A stretch of 64,000 nt of DNA, taken from the NCBI GenBank assembly GCA_014859465.1, contig JACUUF010000001.1, forward strand, positions 158,719-222,718, written 5' to 3'. A program made the translations under genes and the position numbers. Position 1 is the stretch's first letter. The number at the start of each line of letters is the position of its first letter. Source of the stretch: Methyloprofundus sp. Lineage in GTDB: Bacteria > Pseudomonadota > Gammaproteobacteria > Methylococcales > Methylomonadaceae. The notes beneath the pieces are model-generated. The model was not told where the DNA came from. It searched no databases and was given only the letters and a program-made list of their open reading frames with translations. Below, in pieces: positions 42,096 to 52,130 of this stretch.

Positions 42096-44201
42096 TTACA
42101 TTGACATTGAAACCTCTTCTCTTGCTTCTTTGGTTACCGTAACATCATTCCAGTTTAGAACCGATCTTTGCTTGTTATTCATACCTAGCACCTTGGCATA
42201 ACCTTTCACAAGATGATCTAATCTTTGAACTTCGGACTCTGGAACAACAAACGAGATATTGTCCGGCAAAGAAGGGTGAGGCAAAACTGATGGTGCATGA
42301 TCCTCACCATCTGTAAAGTAGATAATAGCAACCACCTCCTCACGATCACTGCCCTGGGTTTCAGGATTATACTTAGTCCTGATTAACTCGCCGGCTTGAA
42401 ATAATGCAGACTCAAAATCCGTGCCGCCGCGCCCATTAAACAGCATGCCATCCTTATGCAACTTTCCAGCATCACCCGGCAAGATTTCCTTAATCGATGC
42501 AATCTGAACATCCGCATCCAAAACAATAACCTTGGCACCAGAGGGCTCAAGATAATGCGCCATCGCATCAATATCTGTAGCAAACTGGCCAAGCATGTCA
42601 TTACTAACAGAGCCCGATGTATCAGTAAGTATCATGACAACCCCAGTTGCATTGCCTGGCTGCATACCTTCTTCATAAAACGGCATATCCATTCCCATTG
42701 AATCATAATCTAAATACCATTCCACGCCTGGCATATCATCATTCGTCATTCTTTCAGCATTACCAGCTACATAATCCAGCATAGCAATCAGCTCGCCTTC
42801 ATAATCGAGCGTTGGCTTACCTTTCAACTGGATGCGCTGCTTAATCATTCCTGCACTATTACCAGGAGATAAAGAGGGGTCTGAGTTTTCATTAGTGAAA
42901 TCCTCAAGCGCTCTTTGAACGTCACCTTCCCCGCCTTTCAAACGAGCTTCTTCTTCACCTTCGGTCTGAGGCAGTTTCATCTTTTCTGCATCCTCAGAAA
43001 GCCCGGCCTGCTCAAGATCTTTTCGTAGTTGACGAGCCGAAACCTCATGCTCTCCGGACTCAAAATCTTCACCCATTGACTCAACCACTTCTTTAAGCTT
43101 ATCCATTAAGCTTTTTTTCTTGTCTTCAGTTAGCTCGCCTTTGCCTGATCCACCGCTTCCAGGCTGTCCAGGGTTGCCACTTCCAGGCTCGCTTTTTTGA
43201 GGGTTTCCTCCAGGACCACCTCCTCTTAATTTAGACCCTGGCTCACCTTCTTGACTGGATTTATTGCCATTTTCATGTTCTTCTCTGAGCTTCTTAAACT
43301 CTTCGTCTTTTTCAAAAATGCCTCGAATATGAATAAAAATCTCATATTCCGTCATGTTGCGAGTATTTTCCCAATGCAAGAATTCATAAGTTTTCTCCAT
43401 GAGTTCTTTCATTTTCTTCTGCATCGGATCGTTTTCAATTAAATCCTTAATTGCGTCCATTGCAGCTTTACTATCTTCATACTCTTTACGTTCTTTTTTG
43501 GTCATCTTTTCGGGAACTTTATTGTATTCAATGCCTTCTTCACCAAATACACTCAACGAAACTTCTTCCTTTGATTGACCATATACCGCTTCACATTCTT
43601 TATCACCAATACCAATACACATCCCCATAAAGGATTTACCTAGACTAATCTGATTTGTATGATGCATAAACCCTTTTCTAGCCTTGGCCACTTCGCCATA
43701 TTTAGAAAAATCATTATAAATGATGCCGTTTATCAGGGAGTCCTTTGCAAGGTTCATCAGATAAGCTTCAAAATCATTGTTAACTAACGCATTAAGTGAT
43801 TCTCGTTGAGTATGACGCATTGCAAAATGCAAAAGCTCATGAAGAATAACCGGCACGACATTGTGAGAGCCATTCTCAAGCTCATCTTTCCTCAAGTCGT
43901 TAAAGAAATGAAGGTTAAAATAAATCGCTCTTCCGTCCATGAAGGCTGTCTCATATTTTTGACAGATCTCCGGATGATCGTAAAGATGAATCGGAACACT
44001 TTTTATAAGTTCACTTAAAATACCGAACCTTGAAGCTCTTGTGCGGATATCACTACCGTTATCCACAACATCTGAACGAGCAATAAAGTTGCGAATAGAC
44101 TCAAGCCTTGATCGCGCTTCAGCCGCATCCGTTGAGTCCGAAAGAAACTTGCCGCCGAATACACTTCTAATTCCGCCATGATTATCTACTAAATCATCCA
44201 T
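42096..44201 (-). CDS. Metallopeptidase-like + vWA domain protein (DUF2201-like)
   Basis: TAFMDG, LHELLH (HExxH), Gly-rich linker, DTSGS MIDAS, GRGGTDF, YFTDG. Confidence 0.88.
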   Translation of the reverse strand: MDDLVDNHGGIRSVFGGKFLSDSTDAAEARSRLESIRNFIARSDVVDNGSDIRTRASRFGILSELIKSVPIHLYDHPEICQKYETAFMDGRAIYFNLHFFNDLRKDELENGSHNVVPVILHELLHFAMRHTQRESLNALVNNDFEAYLMNLAKDSLINGIIYNDFSKYGEVAKARKGFMHHTNQISLGKSFMGMCIGIGDKECEAVYGQSKEEVSLSVFGEEGIEYNKVPEKMTKKERKEYEDSKAAMDAIKDLIENDPMQKKMKELMEKTYEFLHWENTRNMTEYEIFIHIRGIFEKDEEFKKLREEHENGNKSSQEGEPGSKLRGGGPGGNPQKSEPGSGNPGQPGSGGSGKGELTEDKKKSLMDKLKEVVESMGEDFESGEHEVSARQLRKDLEQAGLSEDAEKMKLPQTEGEEEARLKGGEGDVQRALEDFTNENSDPSLSPGNSAGMIKQRIQLKGKPTLDYEGELIAMLDYVAGNAERMTNDDMPGVEWYLDYDSMGMDMPFYEEGMQPGNATGVVMILTDTSGSVSNDMLGQFATDIDAMAHYLEPSGAKVIVLDADVQIASIKEILPGDAGKLHKDGMLFNGRGGTDFESALFQAGELIRTKYNPETQGSDREEVVAIIYFTDGEDHAPSVLPHPSLPDNISFVVPESEVQRLDHLVKGYAKVLGMNNKQRSVLNWNDVTVTKEAREEVSMSM

Positions 44202-44279
44202 ACCCCAATCCTTTATAAAATTAAGGCCGTCCTAGACAGCCTTAAAATTGATCAACATCAACAAAGCAAGCCTTGCTCG

Positions 44280-45851
44280 TTATTTCAAGCCTAATGAGTC
44301 ATCCTCACCCATTGACCCACTATTTGTGAAGATCCCAATAAGTTCATCCTGACCCACTTTAATGTTTGAATTCATTAAGCCTTTAAGGATGCCTACTGCC
44401 AAATCCTTTCTTAGTAGATGACGTTCATTATCCGTATTGCCATGACTTGTCTTAATCAAGAACTCACTGCTTAAGCGAGACGTGGCTCTTCGCATAAAAA
44501 TGTCTAACGACTTAGACTGCTGAGACGGAGAAGTAACAGCCAGACCTTCACCAAGACGAACACCCAATTCTTGAATCTTTTCAATTGGATTCTCGACCCC
44601 ATCTTTCAGAAGAGAGCTTACCTTAACCAAGAACTCGTTAGACAAAGCGTTTGAATACTTGTAAGCAAAACCAAATGACTCCGCACTCGCTTCACCATCC
44701 GATGACATCTTCTTAGATACTTCATCCGCTATACGTTCAGCACCTTTTTTATCCTTAGACTCAAAGATTCTCTGAGCAAACTCTTGAGCGCCTTCAAGGT
44801 AAGATGAAACATAAGTTGAGATAGCGGAAGCCGCCTGAGCATTACCAAAAATACCTTTTACTTCATTATCAACCGCATCTACTAAGCTTGAGAATGACTT
44901 CCCTCTCTTATAACGAGACATCATTTTAGTTAGCTGGCCACCAAACTTATAAAGCGATCGAGGTGTTACTGTACCGGTTGAATCTTTGGTGTATTCTGAG
45001 TAAAAGCGACCGTCCTTCAAGAATCCAAGATTCTCACCACGCTCAACCAAAGAAGCCATTAAAAGCTTCAACGACTTGTTTTGATCGGAAAATGCAGAGG
45101 CTACAACATCTTGCTCCCAGCGCTTAACCCAATCTTTAGGCGTGTCTTCAACTTGAAAAACCTTAACACGGTCATTCAATGCCGCGCCTAAGTTTTGCAT
45201 CGTACCTACCGAACCATCACCTTTAGTATTACCGGCCAAAACAACCGTTGTTGCATCACCTAGCTTGGCTGTACCAAACGCCTTGTTTTCAGTAATCTCA
45301 AGTAATGGACCAACCACTTTCTCATAAGCGTTTGTTACATCATCAAAGAATAACAAGGAACCTACAGCCTTTTGAGATAAGGCAAAAATACGATGCGGCG
45401 TTCTATCCATGTAGCGTTCGCCACCCTTTGTTTCACCTAGAGCTGGAAGGCCTAAGTCAATCGCAGATGTCGCACCACCCAGGTTAATGTTACAGAAAAC
45501 AAAGTCGTTCTCACCGGGTTCAAAATCATTTTCAACGCCAGAAACATCGACAAAGTTTAACCCTACTTCTTTACAAACCTCTCTTGAGGCAACCATAACC
45601 GAAGTAGTCTTACCTTGACCGGGAGGCCCCATTAAAGCAAAGTTGATTTGATCATCAAGTGTTAAGTCATGATCAAATGGTACACCTTGAGATTTTTCCC
45701 AAGCTTTTTCAATACGCTCAACCAGACCAGTATTGCCTGATGCATCAGCCTGCTTCCACATATTAATGTAGACCGCTTCTTTCAACTCTTCCTTTACAAC
45801 AGAAGGTGCTGTTAAGTCTTTCTTTGCAATTCTTTGTGTTGTATCAGCCAT
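44280..45851 (-). CDS. MoxR-like AAA+ ATPase
   Basis: GPPGQGKT Walker A, LLFFDD Walker B, VVLAGN, AALNDR, TPRS; adjacent to the vWA gene. Confidence 0.85.
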   Translation of the reverse strand: MADTTQRIAKKDLTAPSVVKEELKEAVYINMWKQADASGNTGLVERIEKAWEKSQGVPFDHDLTLDDQINFALMGPPGQGKTTSVMVASREVCKEVGLNFVDVSGVENDFEPGENDFVFCNINLGGATSAIDLGLPALGETKGGERYMDRTPHRIFALSQKAVGSLLFFDDVTNAYEKVVGPLLEITENKAFGTAKLGDATTVVLAGNTKGDGSVGTMQNLGAALNDRVKVFQVEDTPKDWVKRWEQDVVASAFSDQNKSLKLLMASLVERGENLGFLKDGRFYSEYTKDSTGTVTPRSLYKFGGQLTKMMSRYKRGKSFSSLVDAVDNEVKGIFGNAQAASAISTYVSSYLEGAQEFAQRIFESKDKKGAERIADEVSKKMSSDGEASAESFGFAYKYSNALSNEFLVKVSSLLKDGVENPIEKIQELGVRLGEGLAVTSPSQQSKSLDIFMRRATSRLSSEFLIKTSHGNTDNERHLLRKDLAVGILKGLMNSNIKVGQDELIGIFTNSGSMGEDDSLGLK

Positions 45852-45955
45852 TGCTTATCTCCAACTGTCGTTATTATTTCTTTAAACTTATATACATTAT
45901 AACATTAAGCATTTAATTTCAGATTCACTTAGTAAAATTTTAAGAAACACAAAAC

Positions 45956-45983
45956 AAAAAAAACCGGACTAAGTCCGGTTTTT
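45956..45983. terminator. Intrinsic terminator
   Basis: AAAAAAAACCGGAC-TAA-GTCCGGTTTTT. Confidence 0.75.
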
Positions 45984-46002
45984 CATCTAATCATGACACT
46001 GA

Positions 46003-46806
46003 TTAATAGGCAGGACCTACATTGTCATCATCATCAAAGGAGTCAGGATTGAACTCAGCCTTTGCAGACTGAGAACTAGATTCCTTTGGGGCTTCGCCCT
46101 CGCCTTTTAAAGAGTCTTTATAAGCCTGATTTGACTCTGCCTTTTGACCTTCAATTCGCTCAATAAGCGTGTTACGAACACCCTTAACAAGCTTTTTCAT
46201 TTCAAAAGCACGCTCATCAGAGTCCATTTCCTTACCTTTAAAGGTAGAAGAAATAAGATCACGACCACTTGAAGGAAGAACTTCAAACGTCTCAAAGTCG
46301 CCATCAGGACCAGTTTTTGTGACTGGCTTATTTAAATCAAGAACCCAAGCATTTACGTCAACAAATTCGCCGTTGACCTTGGCATTAAACTGAATTCGAA
46401 CAGGGTCACCACGATTCGCATCAGCCAAATTAACCAAAAGACTATTGGCCATATTAGAGCCATAAGCCATTCTGACAGTTCGAGAAACTTTATCTTCCTC
46501 GTCATACAAGGTTACAAAAAGGTTTTCACCTTTACCAGAACCGGTTGGCTTAACGGTTACAGATGAAAGATTTCCTTCAAACTGCTTGAAAATATCAACC
46601 CCCGCTTCAGTAAGGGCTGACCAAACATCAGCGGTTGCGCCTGATTTTCCAGTATAGCCAAATTCCTTAGCTTCAATTGACTTTGCCGCTAAAACCTCGC
46701 GAAACTTATCGCCATCATTACCACTAATCATGGCGCCTAAGCCACCAATGTAAGTGTAAAATTCACCGTTAGTGCGCGTACCTTTATTAACTGCTTTCAT
46801 AGCCAT
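46003..46806 (-). CDS. Hypothetical protein, possible ssDNA-binding protein
   Basis: Beta-rich core, flexible linker, acidic tail DSFDDDDNVGPAY; function inferred from the tail only. Confidence 0.5.
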   Translation of the reverse strand: MAMKAVNKGTRTNGEFYTYIGGLGAMISGNDGDKFREVLAAKSIEAKEFGYTGKSGATADVWSALTEAGVDIFKQFEGNLSSVTVKPTGSGKGENLFVTLYDEEDKVSRTVRMAYGSNMANSLLVNLADANRGDPVRIQFNAKVNGEFVDVNAWVLDLNKPVTKTGPDGDFETFEVLPSSGRDLISSTFKGKEMDSDERAFEMKKLVKGVRNTLIERIEGQKAESNQAYKDSLKGEGEAPKESSSQSAKAEFNPDSFDDDDNVGPAY

Positions 46807-46927
46807 ATTCGTTCTCCTTCAGAGATTTACTTCAATTAAAAAACATTTAAATGCTTTCGCAGTTATTATTATATCAAATACATCATACCATCTTGATGCA
46901 AAACTAAAAAAAACTAGAAAAGAATTT

Positions 46928-47353
46928 CTAACTACTGCTATAAAAGCCAGAAGAAACCGTTTCATCTGTAGTTAGTCCTTCTTCGAGACCCTTACTGTAA
47001 GCTCGAATATTACTAACTTCCATTTCTTTAATTTTTTCTTCGACTAAAGTCGTAACATCCTTAGTGCCAAATTCCTTTGCAATACTAACCGCTGTCCATC
47101 CATTGTTATGGGTTAAAGTTAAGTCCGCACCTAAATCCAATAATGCACTTACTGTTTCTATATCACCCTGCTTCACTGAAAGCATGAGCAACGTCCAACC
47201 ACTTATACTTTGAGCATTCATATTCGCGCCATTTGCAACTAAATTTAAAGCCTCCGCTGAGTCTCTTTTATGCCATTTCTTAGTAACCTCACCCATGTCC
47301 ATCAAGTTAACAAGCTCATTGGTTTTATCTTTACTGTATTCCACCTTATGCAC
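46928..47353 (-). CDS. Ankyrin-repeat protein with the shared C-terminal motif
   Basis: GANMNAQSISGWTLLM, GADLTLTHNNGWTAV. Confidence 0.88.
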   Translation of the reverse strand: MHKVEYSKDKTNELVNLMDMGEVTKKWHKRDSAEALNLVANGANMNAQSISGWTLLMLSVKQGDIETVSALLDLGADLTLTHNNGWTAVSIAKEFGTKDVTTLVEEKIKEMEVSNIRAYSKGLEEGLTTDETVSSGFYSSS

Positions 47354-47712
47354 CCTTATTAACTGAAGAAAGAGTCTCTAATTCAGCCTCAATATCCTCA
47401 ACATAGTCTCGAACCATTTTGGATTCAGCTTCTTTAATTTTCACTTTAATTAAATCCAAGATAACCTGATTCTCGCGCTTTCAGATTTACCCCCAATTCA
47501 ATAAGCGCAATCACTGAATCGATATGACCCGAATAGGATGCATGCATAAGCACATCCCAGCCCCATCTGTCTTGTGCATTAATGTCTGCGCCTTGGTTAA
47601 TTAAATATAAGGCCTGACTTGAATGACCCTTAAGCCAGTGACCTGTATCTCCAGCAAATTCAAGCAAAACAATTAATTCAGCTGTTTTCTCTGGATCGGA
47701 TAGCTTGATCAT
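47346..47712 (-). pseudogene. Frameshifted ankyrin-repeat gene
   Basis: The ORF stops at 47446, but another frame encodes LDLIKVKIKEAESKMVRDYVEDIEAELETLSSVNKGA* (stop 47346), homologous to the paralog tails. Confidence 0.75.
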
Positions 47713-48221
47713 TACAAAGTCAATCCTTGAAGCAGGGCAGGATTTGAAAGATTTAATCGAATCTCATCCGAATAATTTTCAACTTCCTTGCTTTCAAGTT
47801 CTTTCAATTTTTCTTTAATTAAAATCTCAACGTCGAAATTTGAAGCTGATTTTAAAGCTGTATAGCCAAGATTGTTTTGCCCCCTCACATCAATACCATC
47901 AACCATAATTAAGAGTTTAACAATTTCTAACCGATCCAAGTTTGAAGCAATCATAAGCGCAGTAGTACCCCACTTGTTTTTCAGATTCACATCAATACCA
48001 TCTACATCAAGCAAACTGTCAACCATGTCAGGATCATCACCAAAAGAAGCGTGCATCAATAAAGTGAAGCCCCACTTATTTTGAGCATTAACGTCCGCAC
48101 CTTGTTTTACTAAATCCAAGGCTAACCTTGAGTGAGATTCAAGCCAATAGCCAATGTTTTTAACTGAATGAAGCAAAGCAACCAATTCCACCGTTTTCTC
48201 TTGATTACTCTTCTTTTCCAC
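47712..48221 (-). CDS. Ankyrin-repeat protein with the shared C-terminal motif
   Basis: GADVNAQNKWGFTLLM, GIDVNLKNKWGTTALM, GIDVRGQNNLGYTAL. Confidence 0.9.
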   Translation of the reverse strand: MEKKSNQEKTVELVALLHSVKNIGYWLESHSRLALDLVKQGADVNAQNKWGFTLLMHASFGDDPDMVDSLLDVDGIDVNLKNKWGTTALMIASNLDRLEIVKLLIMVDGIDVRGQNNLGYTALKSASNFDVEILIKEKLKELESKEVENYSDEIRLNLSNPALLQGLTL

Positions 48222-48262
48222 TATGAAATCCTCAACACGTTACAGAGCCTAGCCTATACTGG

Positions 48263-49114
48263 TCAAGCAATTTCGGACACATCCCGTTTATAATTTTCAT
48301 ACTCAATAGGACTCATGTAACCATTGCTCGTATGAAGCCTTTCTAAGTTGTAATAGCGCATATACGCTTTCACATCGTCAATCATATGTTCATGGTTAGG
48401 TTGATGTACTTTGAGCAGCCAGTCATGCTTTAAGCTGCCAAAGAACCTTTCAACCACAACATTATCCCAACACGCGCCAACATCGCCCATCGAGGCACGG
48501 ATTTGGAACTGTTTAAGCTGTGCTCTAAATGCGTCACTGGTATATTGTGATCCACGATCACTATGAAAGATCACCCCTTTGGGCGGCTTTCTAAGCCAGT
48601 AGGCTTGCTTGAGCGACTCAAGCACGAGTTCGGTGGTCATGCGCGGACTAATTGACCAACCGATAATTCGGCGTGAATACAGATCCATCACCACACTCAG
48701 GTATAGCCAACCCTGTGCAGTTTTTAAATAGGTGATATCACCGGCCCACACTTGGTTCATGCCTGTGGGGTTAAAGTCCATGTTCACTAGGTTATCCGCC
48801 ACAGCGTGGCTTGGGTCCCTTTTGGTGGTGACTTTGAATGCAACACGCTGCTCAACCTTTAGGTTTAAGGTTTCCATTAACTTGATGACTTTGTTACGCC
48901 CAACCTTAAAGCCTTCTTTACGTAATCGCTTCATCAGTTCTCTTGAGCCGAGACTGTTTCGACTGGCTATAAAAAGGGCTTTAGCTCGCCGATACAGTCG
49001 CAGTTGTTCTTCGGTAATAATAGCCTGGGGACGTTTGACCCAATCGTAATAACCGGAGCGGCTAAAACTCATCACCTTGCAGCTTAACTTAACCGAGTAT
49101 CCTTCTTGCGCCAA
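48263..49114 (-). CDS. IS3 transposase OrfB (DDE integrase core)
   Basis: WAGDITY, DLYSRRIIGW, HSDRGSQY, DNVVVERFFGSLK. Confidence 0.95.
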   Translation of the reverse strand: MAQEGYSVKLSCKVMSFSRSGYYDWVKRPQAIITEEQLRLYRRAKALFIASRNSLGSRELMKRLRKEGFKVGRNKVIKLMETLNLKVEQRVAFKVTTKRDPSHAVADNLVNMDFNPTGMNQVWAGDITYLKTAQGWLYLSVVMDLYSRRIIGWSISPRMTTELVLESLKQAYWLRKPPKGVIFHSDRGSQYTSDAFRAQLKQFQIRASMGDVGACWDNVVVERFFGSLKHDWLLKVHQPNHEHMIDDVKAYMRYYNLERLHTSNGYMSPIEYENYKRDVSEIA

Positions 49115-49134
49115 CGTATGGATAAACTCAAATC

Positions 49135-49425
49135 CTAGTGCATTTCTCGGGCGAAGAAGGCTGAGGCCTTTTTTAATATGTCTTTTTCCATTCGAAGCCG
49201 CTTGTTTTCAGCACGCAGTTTTTTGAGCTCTTCACGTTCATCATCGCTTAAGGCTCCACCACTGGCTTGCGCTTCAAGCTTGTCTTTCCACTTGTAAAGC
49301 AAGTTTGGATTAACGCCTAGCGCTTGCGCCGCTTCAGCAACGCTATAACCCTGCTCAGTGACAAGCGCGACCGCCTCTTGTTTAAATTCTTTGGTGTAAG
49401 TTTTATAAACTCACTTCTGACTCAT
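49135..49425 (-). pseudogene. IS3 OrfA with a nonsense codon at position 5
   Basis: ATG AGT CAG AAG TGA GTT TAT AAA ACT TAC ACC AAA GAA TTT AAA...; the remainder is an HTH/leucine-zipper OrfA ending KKASAFFAREMH*. Confidence 0.85.
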
Positions 49426-49490
49426 AACCACTCCTAGATTCGACAACATCTATTGTCTCTCATTGAAGTGTCCGTTTCCATTAGACCAGT

Positions 49491-51614
49491 TCAGCCTGTT
49501 ACGCTGTTACTTTTAAATGAGTTAAAATCATCTTCAAACAATTCATCTTCATTGTGCTCAAGAGATTCCAATATTTCAAAAGCAAACTGCGAAGGCAGTA
49601 ATATCTCTTTTGCATAAAGGCCGCCGCTAACCAGGTCATATCGCTTTGAATGACAAAGCTCAACCTCGTCAACCGCACGGGTTATTGCAACATAGGCAAG
49701 TCGTCGCTCTTCTTCAAGGTTATCAATGTCCATCTTCTCGAAATTCAAGCCTTTTGCCATTGGAATTAAGCCTTGAGAAAAGCCTGCTACAAACACCTTT
49801 TTCCATTGAAGGCCTTTTGAGCCATGATAAGTAGATAGGGTTACTCTTGGTTTTTTATTCGTCTCAAGTGCATTAGAATGCTGGGGAGGCTGGATAATTA
49901 AAGAAAGCGCCTCTTTCCATTGAACTTCGAGTTCAACATCACCAAGCGCTTCAACTCTCGCCTTAATCGCACCGTAAACAAGCTTAATATTATCCTGTCT
50001 AGCTTTAAAGAATTTCTCAAACTTCTCTTCATCTGACAGGTCTGAATGCTTAGATGCACTGTTAGCCGCCTTTACATCCTTCTCAACGATCTTAATCAAG
50101 TGGTCCTTCATATTCGCCCAAAAGAAGCTCCAGATTCCAATAGGACCGCCCTCATAAAGCTCACCAAGCTTAGACCTTAAGTCTTCAATAATAACCTTAG
50201 ACGCCTTTGGAAACTCTTGCTCAAAAATACTCTTACCAGAGTCCATTGCCTGCTTAATAATTTCATCTACTTTCTTAGGCCCAACACCTGGTAAATAATC
50301 TGAAAAAGTTCTAAAGGCCGGTGCGTCTTTTGGGTTAACCGAAAGTCTAATCATTGAGGTAATCAATTTGTTCTCTTGCTTGCTCATAATATCTGAGCCG
50401 GCACGAACCTCAAAAGGGATCCCTTCGCGTATCATTTGAAGCTGCAGAAAATTACCAATCCTATTGGTTCGATAAAGAATTGCAAAATCATCAGGCTTGG
50501 CGCCATTTTTTATATCATTTGCGATTGAACTGGCGATGTATTCACCAAGCTCAACCATGTTTTCATGCGCATTAAAAGGCACCTTCGAAAGCTCTGTCCT
50601 TCGAACAGCCTTTGGTGTCTTCTCTAGGCGTGATTCATTCTTCCTAACAAGTGCTGTAGCCGCATCAACAATATGATTTAATGATCGATAGTTATTCTCA
50701 ATTTTATAAGTAACCGCGCCTGAAATCTGTCTAAAAGCATTTAGCAGGACCGGCTTAGCGCCACGCCACTCATAAATTGACTGATCATCATCCCCTACCA
50801 TTACGACATTTTTCATGTCCTGCTTTGCCAGGGTCATTAATAGTCCAAATTGTGACGCATTTGTATCCTGTGATTCATCAACAATAACTTCATCAAAGCC
50901 ATCCTTTATAAAACGACCAAGACCTTCGTTCACCTCTAAAATATGAACCGGTAGATTGATAAGGTCTGAAAAATCCAATAGATTGTGTGCTTTCTTGTAA
51001 GCCTCATACTTCTTGAGCGTGCGATAAAGCCCATCATGGTAAATCGTAAATTCACCTTCTTTAAAGTTAGCTACATTTTGCTTAAATCGCTCAGCCGTGG
51101 TGAGATACCCTGCTCCACCCTGGTTATAGACCTCTTCAATCACTCCATACATATCTTTGTGAAAGTCGACACCCATTTCATCTTTAAGTAGCTTAAATAA
51201 CTCATTTCGAATATCACTTTCGCTCATGATTGTAGGATAATCATCAAAATAGGTTAACCGATACTTTCGAATAAGCTCAAAACCGTAAGAGTGATAGGTA
51301 TAAATCTCAGGCAAGCTAAACGCAGATTCACTGTTACCAAGCTCTGCGTTTAGTTCTTTAATTCGATTGGAGACGCGCTCACGCATCTCTTCAACAGCTT
51401 TATTGGTAAACGTCATCATAAGGATACGATCACCACTTACACCTTGAGCGACAAGCTGAGCCGCCCTTTCTACAATGGTTGCAGTTTTGCCAGATCCGGC
51501 ACCAGCCAAAACTAAGGCTGGCTGACCCACTTGATGTCGAATAACTTCACTCTGCTGATTGCAAAACTGCATAACCATTACTCCATTTTTACTGTTCAGA
51601 AACCATTCTTGCAA
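49491..51614 (-). CDS. UvrD/Rep/PcrA family helicase
   Basis: AGAGSGKT, TFTNKA, VDESQD, VGDDDQSIY, NYRS, HGSKGL, EEERRLAYVAITRA; start may be about 40 nt downstream. Confidence 0.95.
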   Translation of the reverse strand: MQEWFLNSKNGVMVMQFCNQQSEVIRHQVGQPALVLAGAGSGKTATIVERAAQLVAQGVSGDRILMMTFTNKAVEEMRERVSNRIKELNAELGNSESAFSLPEIYTYHSYGFELIRKYRLTYFDDYPTIMSESDIRNELFKLLKDEMGVDFHKDMYGVIEEVYNQGGAGYLTTAERFKQNVANFKEGEFTIYHDGLYRTLKKYEAYKKAHNLLDFSDLINLPVHILEVNEGLGRFIKDGFDEVIVDESQDTNASQFGLLMTLAKQDMKNVVMVGDDDQSIYEWRGAKPVLLNAFRQISGAVTYKIENNYRSLNHIVDAATALVRKNESRLEKTPKAVRRTELSKVPFNAHENMVELGEYIASSIANDIKNGAKPDDFAILYRTNRIGNFLQLQMIREGIPFEVRAGSDIMSKQENKLITSMIRLSVNPKDAPAFRTFSDYLPGVGPKKVDEIIKQAMDSGKSIFEQEFPKASKVIIEDLRSKLGELYEGGPIGIWSFFWANMKDHLIKIVEKDVKAANSASKHSDLSDEEKFEKFFKARQDNIKLVYGAIKARVEALGDVELEVQWKEALSLIIQPPQHSNALETNKKPRVTLSTYHGSKGLQWKKVFVAGFSQGLIPMAKGLNFEKMDIDNLEEERRLAYVAITRAVDEVELCHSKRYDLVSGGLYAKEILLPSQFAFEILESLEHNEDELFEDDFNSFKSNSVTG

Positions 51615-51885
51615 TCGAAGCCAGTGCCTCAGCTTCCGCTGATGACTCCTCAGCTTTATCTGGATTTAAACAGCTTTTCAGGATCTTTTTCACTTCTGCA
51701 GGTTTAAGACCTTGGTCTTTCAGTGCTTCTGAAGCATTTTCATAAATCTCTTTCTGGCGCTCTTTTTCAATAGCCATTCTCTTGTCTGACATCAAGATAG
51801 ATTTCGTAAACTCTGATAAGATCTGAGCCTGATTTGTGTTGATTACCGCGTTTGCAATTGACATGTACCACTCCAATTTAATCAA
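51589..51885 (-). CDS. Small helical dsDNA-binding protein, GapR/T4 DsbA-like
   Basis: KERQKEIYENASEALKDQGLKPAEVKKILK resembles the GapR/DsbA KE.Y..AK..G.....++.++K pattern. Confidence 0.5.
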   Translation of the reverse strand: MIKLEWYMSIANAVINTNQAQILSEFTKSILMSDKRMAIEKERQKEIYENASEALKDQGLKPAEVKKILKSCLNPDKAEESSAEAEALASIARMVSEQ

Positions 51886-52130
51886 TAAATTACATAATTT
51901 GTAGCTGACGCTAAATATCGTTATATATTATAGCATACACATTATGCCATCATTTTCTGTTGTTTTCCCTTTCATATCAATGTTTCTCACAAAAATATGA
52001 CTTTTTCACAAAAAAACTATTGACTTCACCTGTTTTTAGATTATTATCTGTTTTTAGTGAAGAACACTGTTCTAAGGTCATTTCACACTTATAGAAGAGT
52101 TTACTGGAATTTTAACTTGGAGGGCATGGT

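Larger units (their letters stand above)
48255..49493 (-). mobile_element. IS3-family insertion sequence with 3-bp target duplication GCC
   Basis: IRL TGAACTGGTC...CGGACAC (from 49493) and IRR TATACTGGTC...CGGACAC (from 48255); GCC at 48252-48254 and 49494-49496. Confidence 0.92.
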
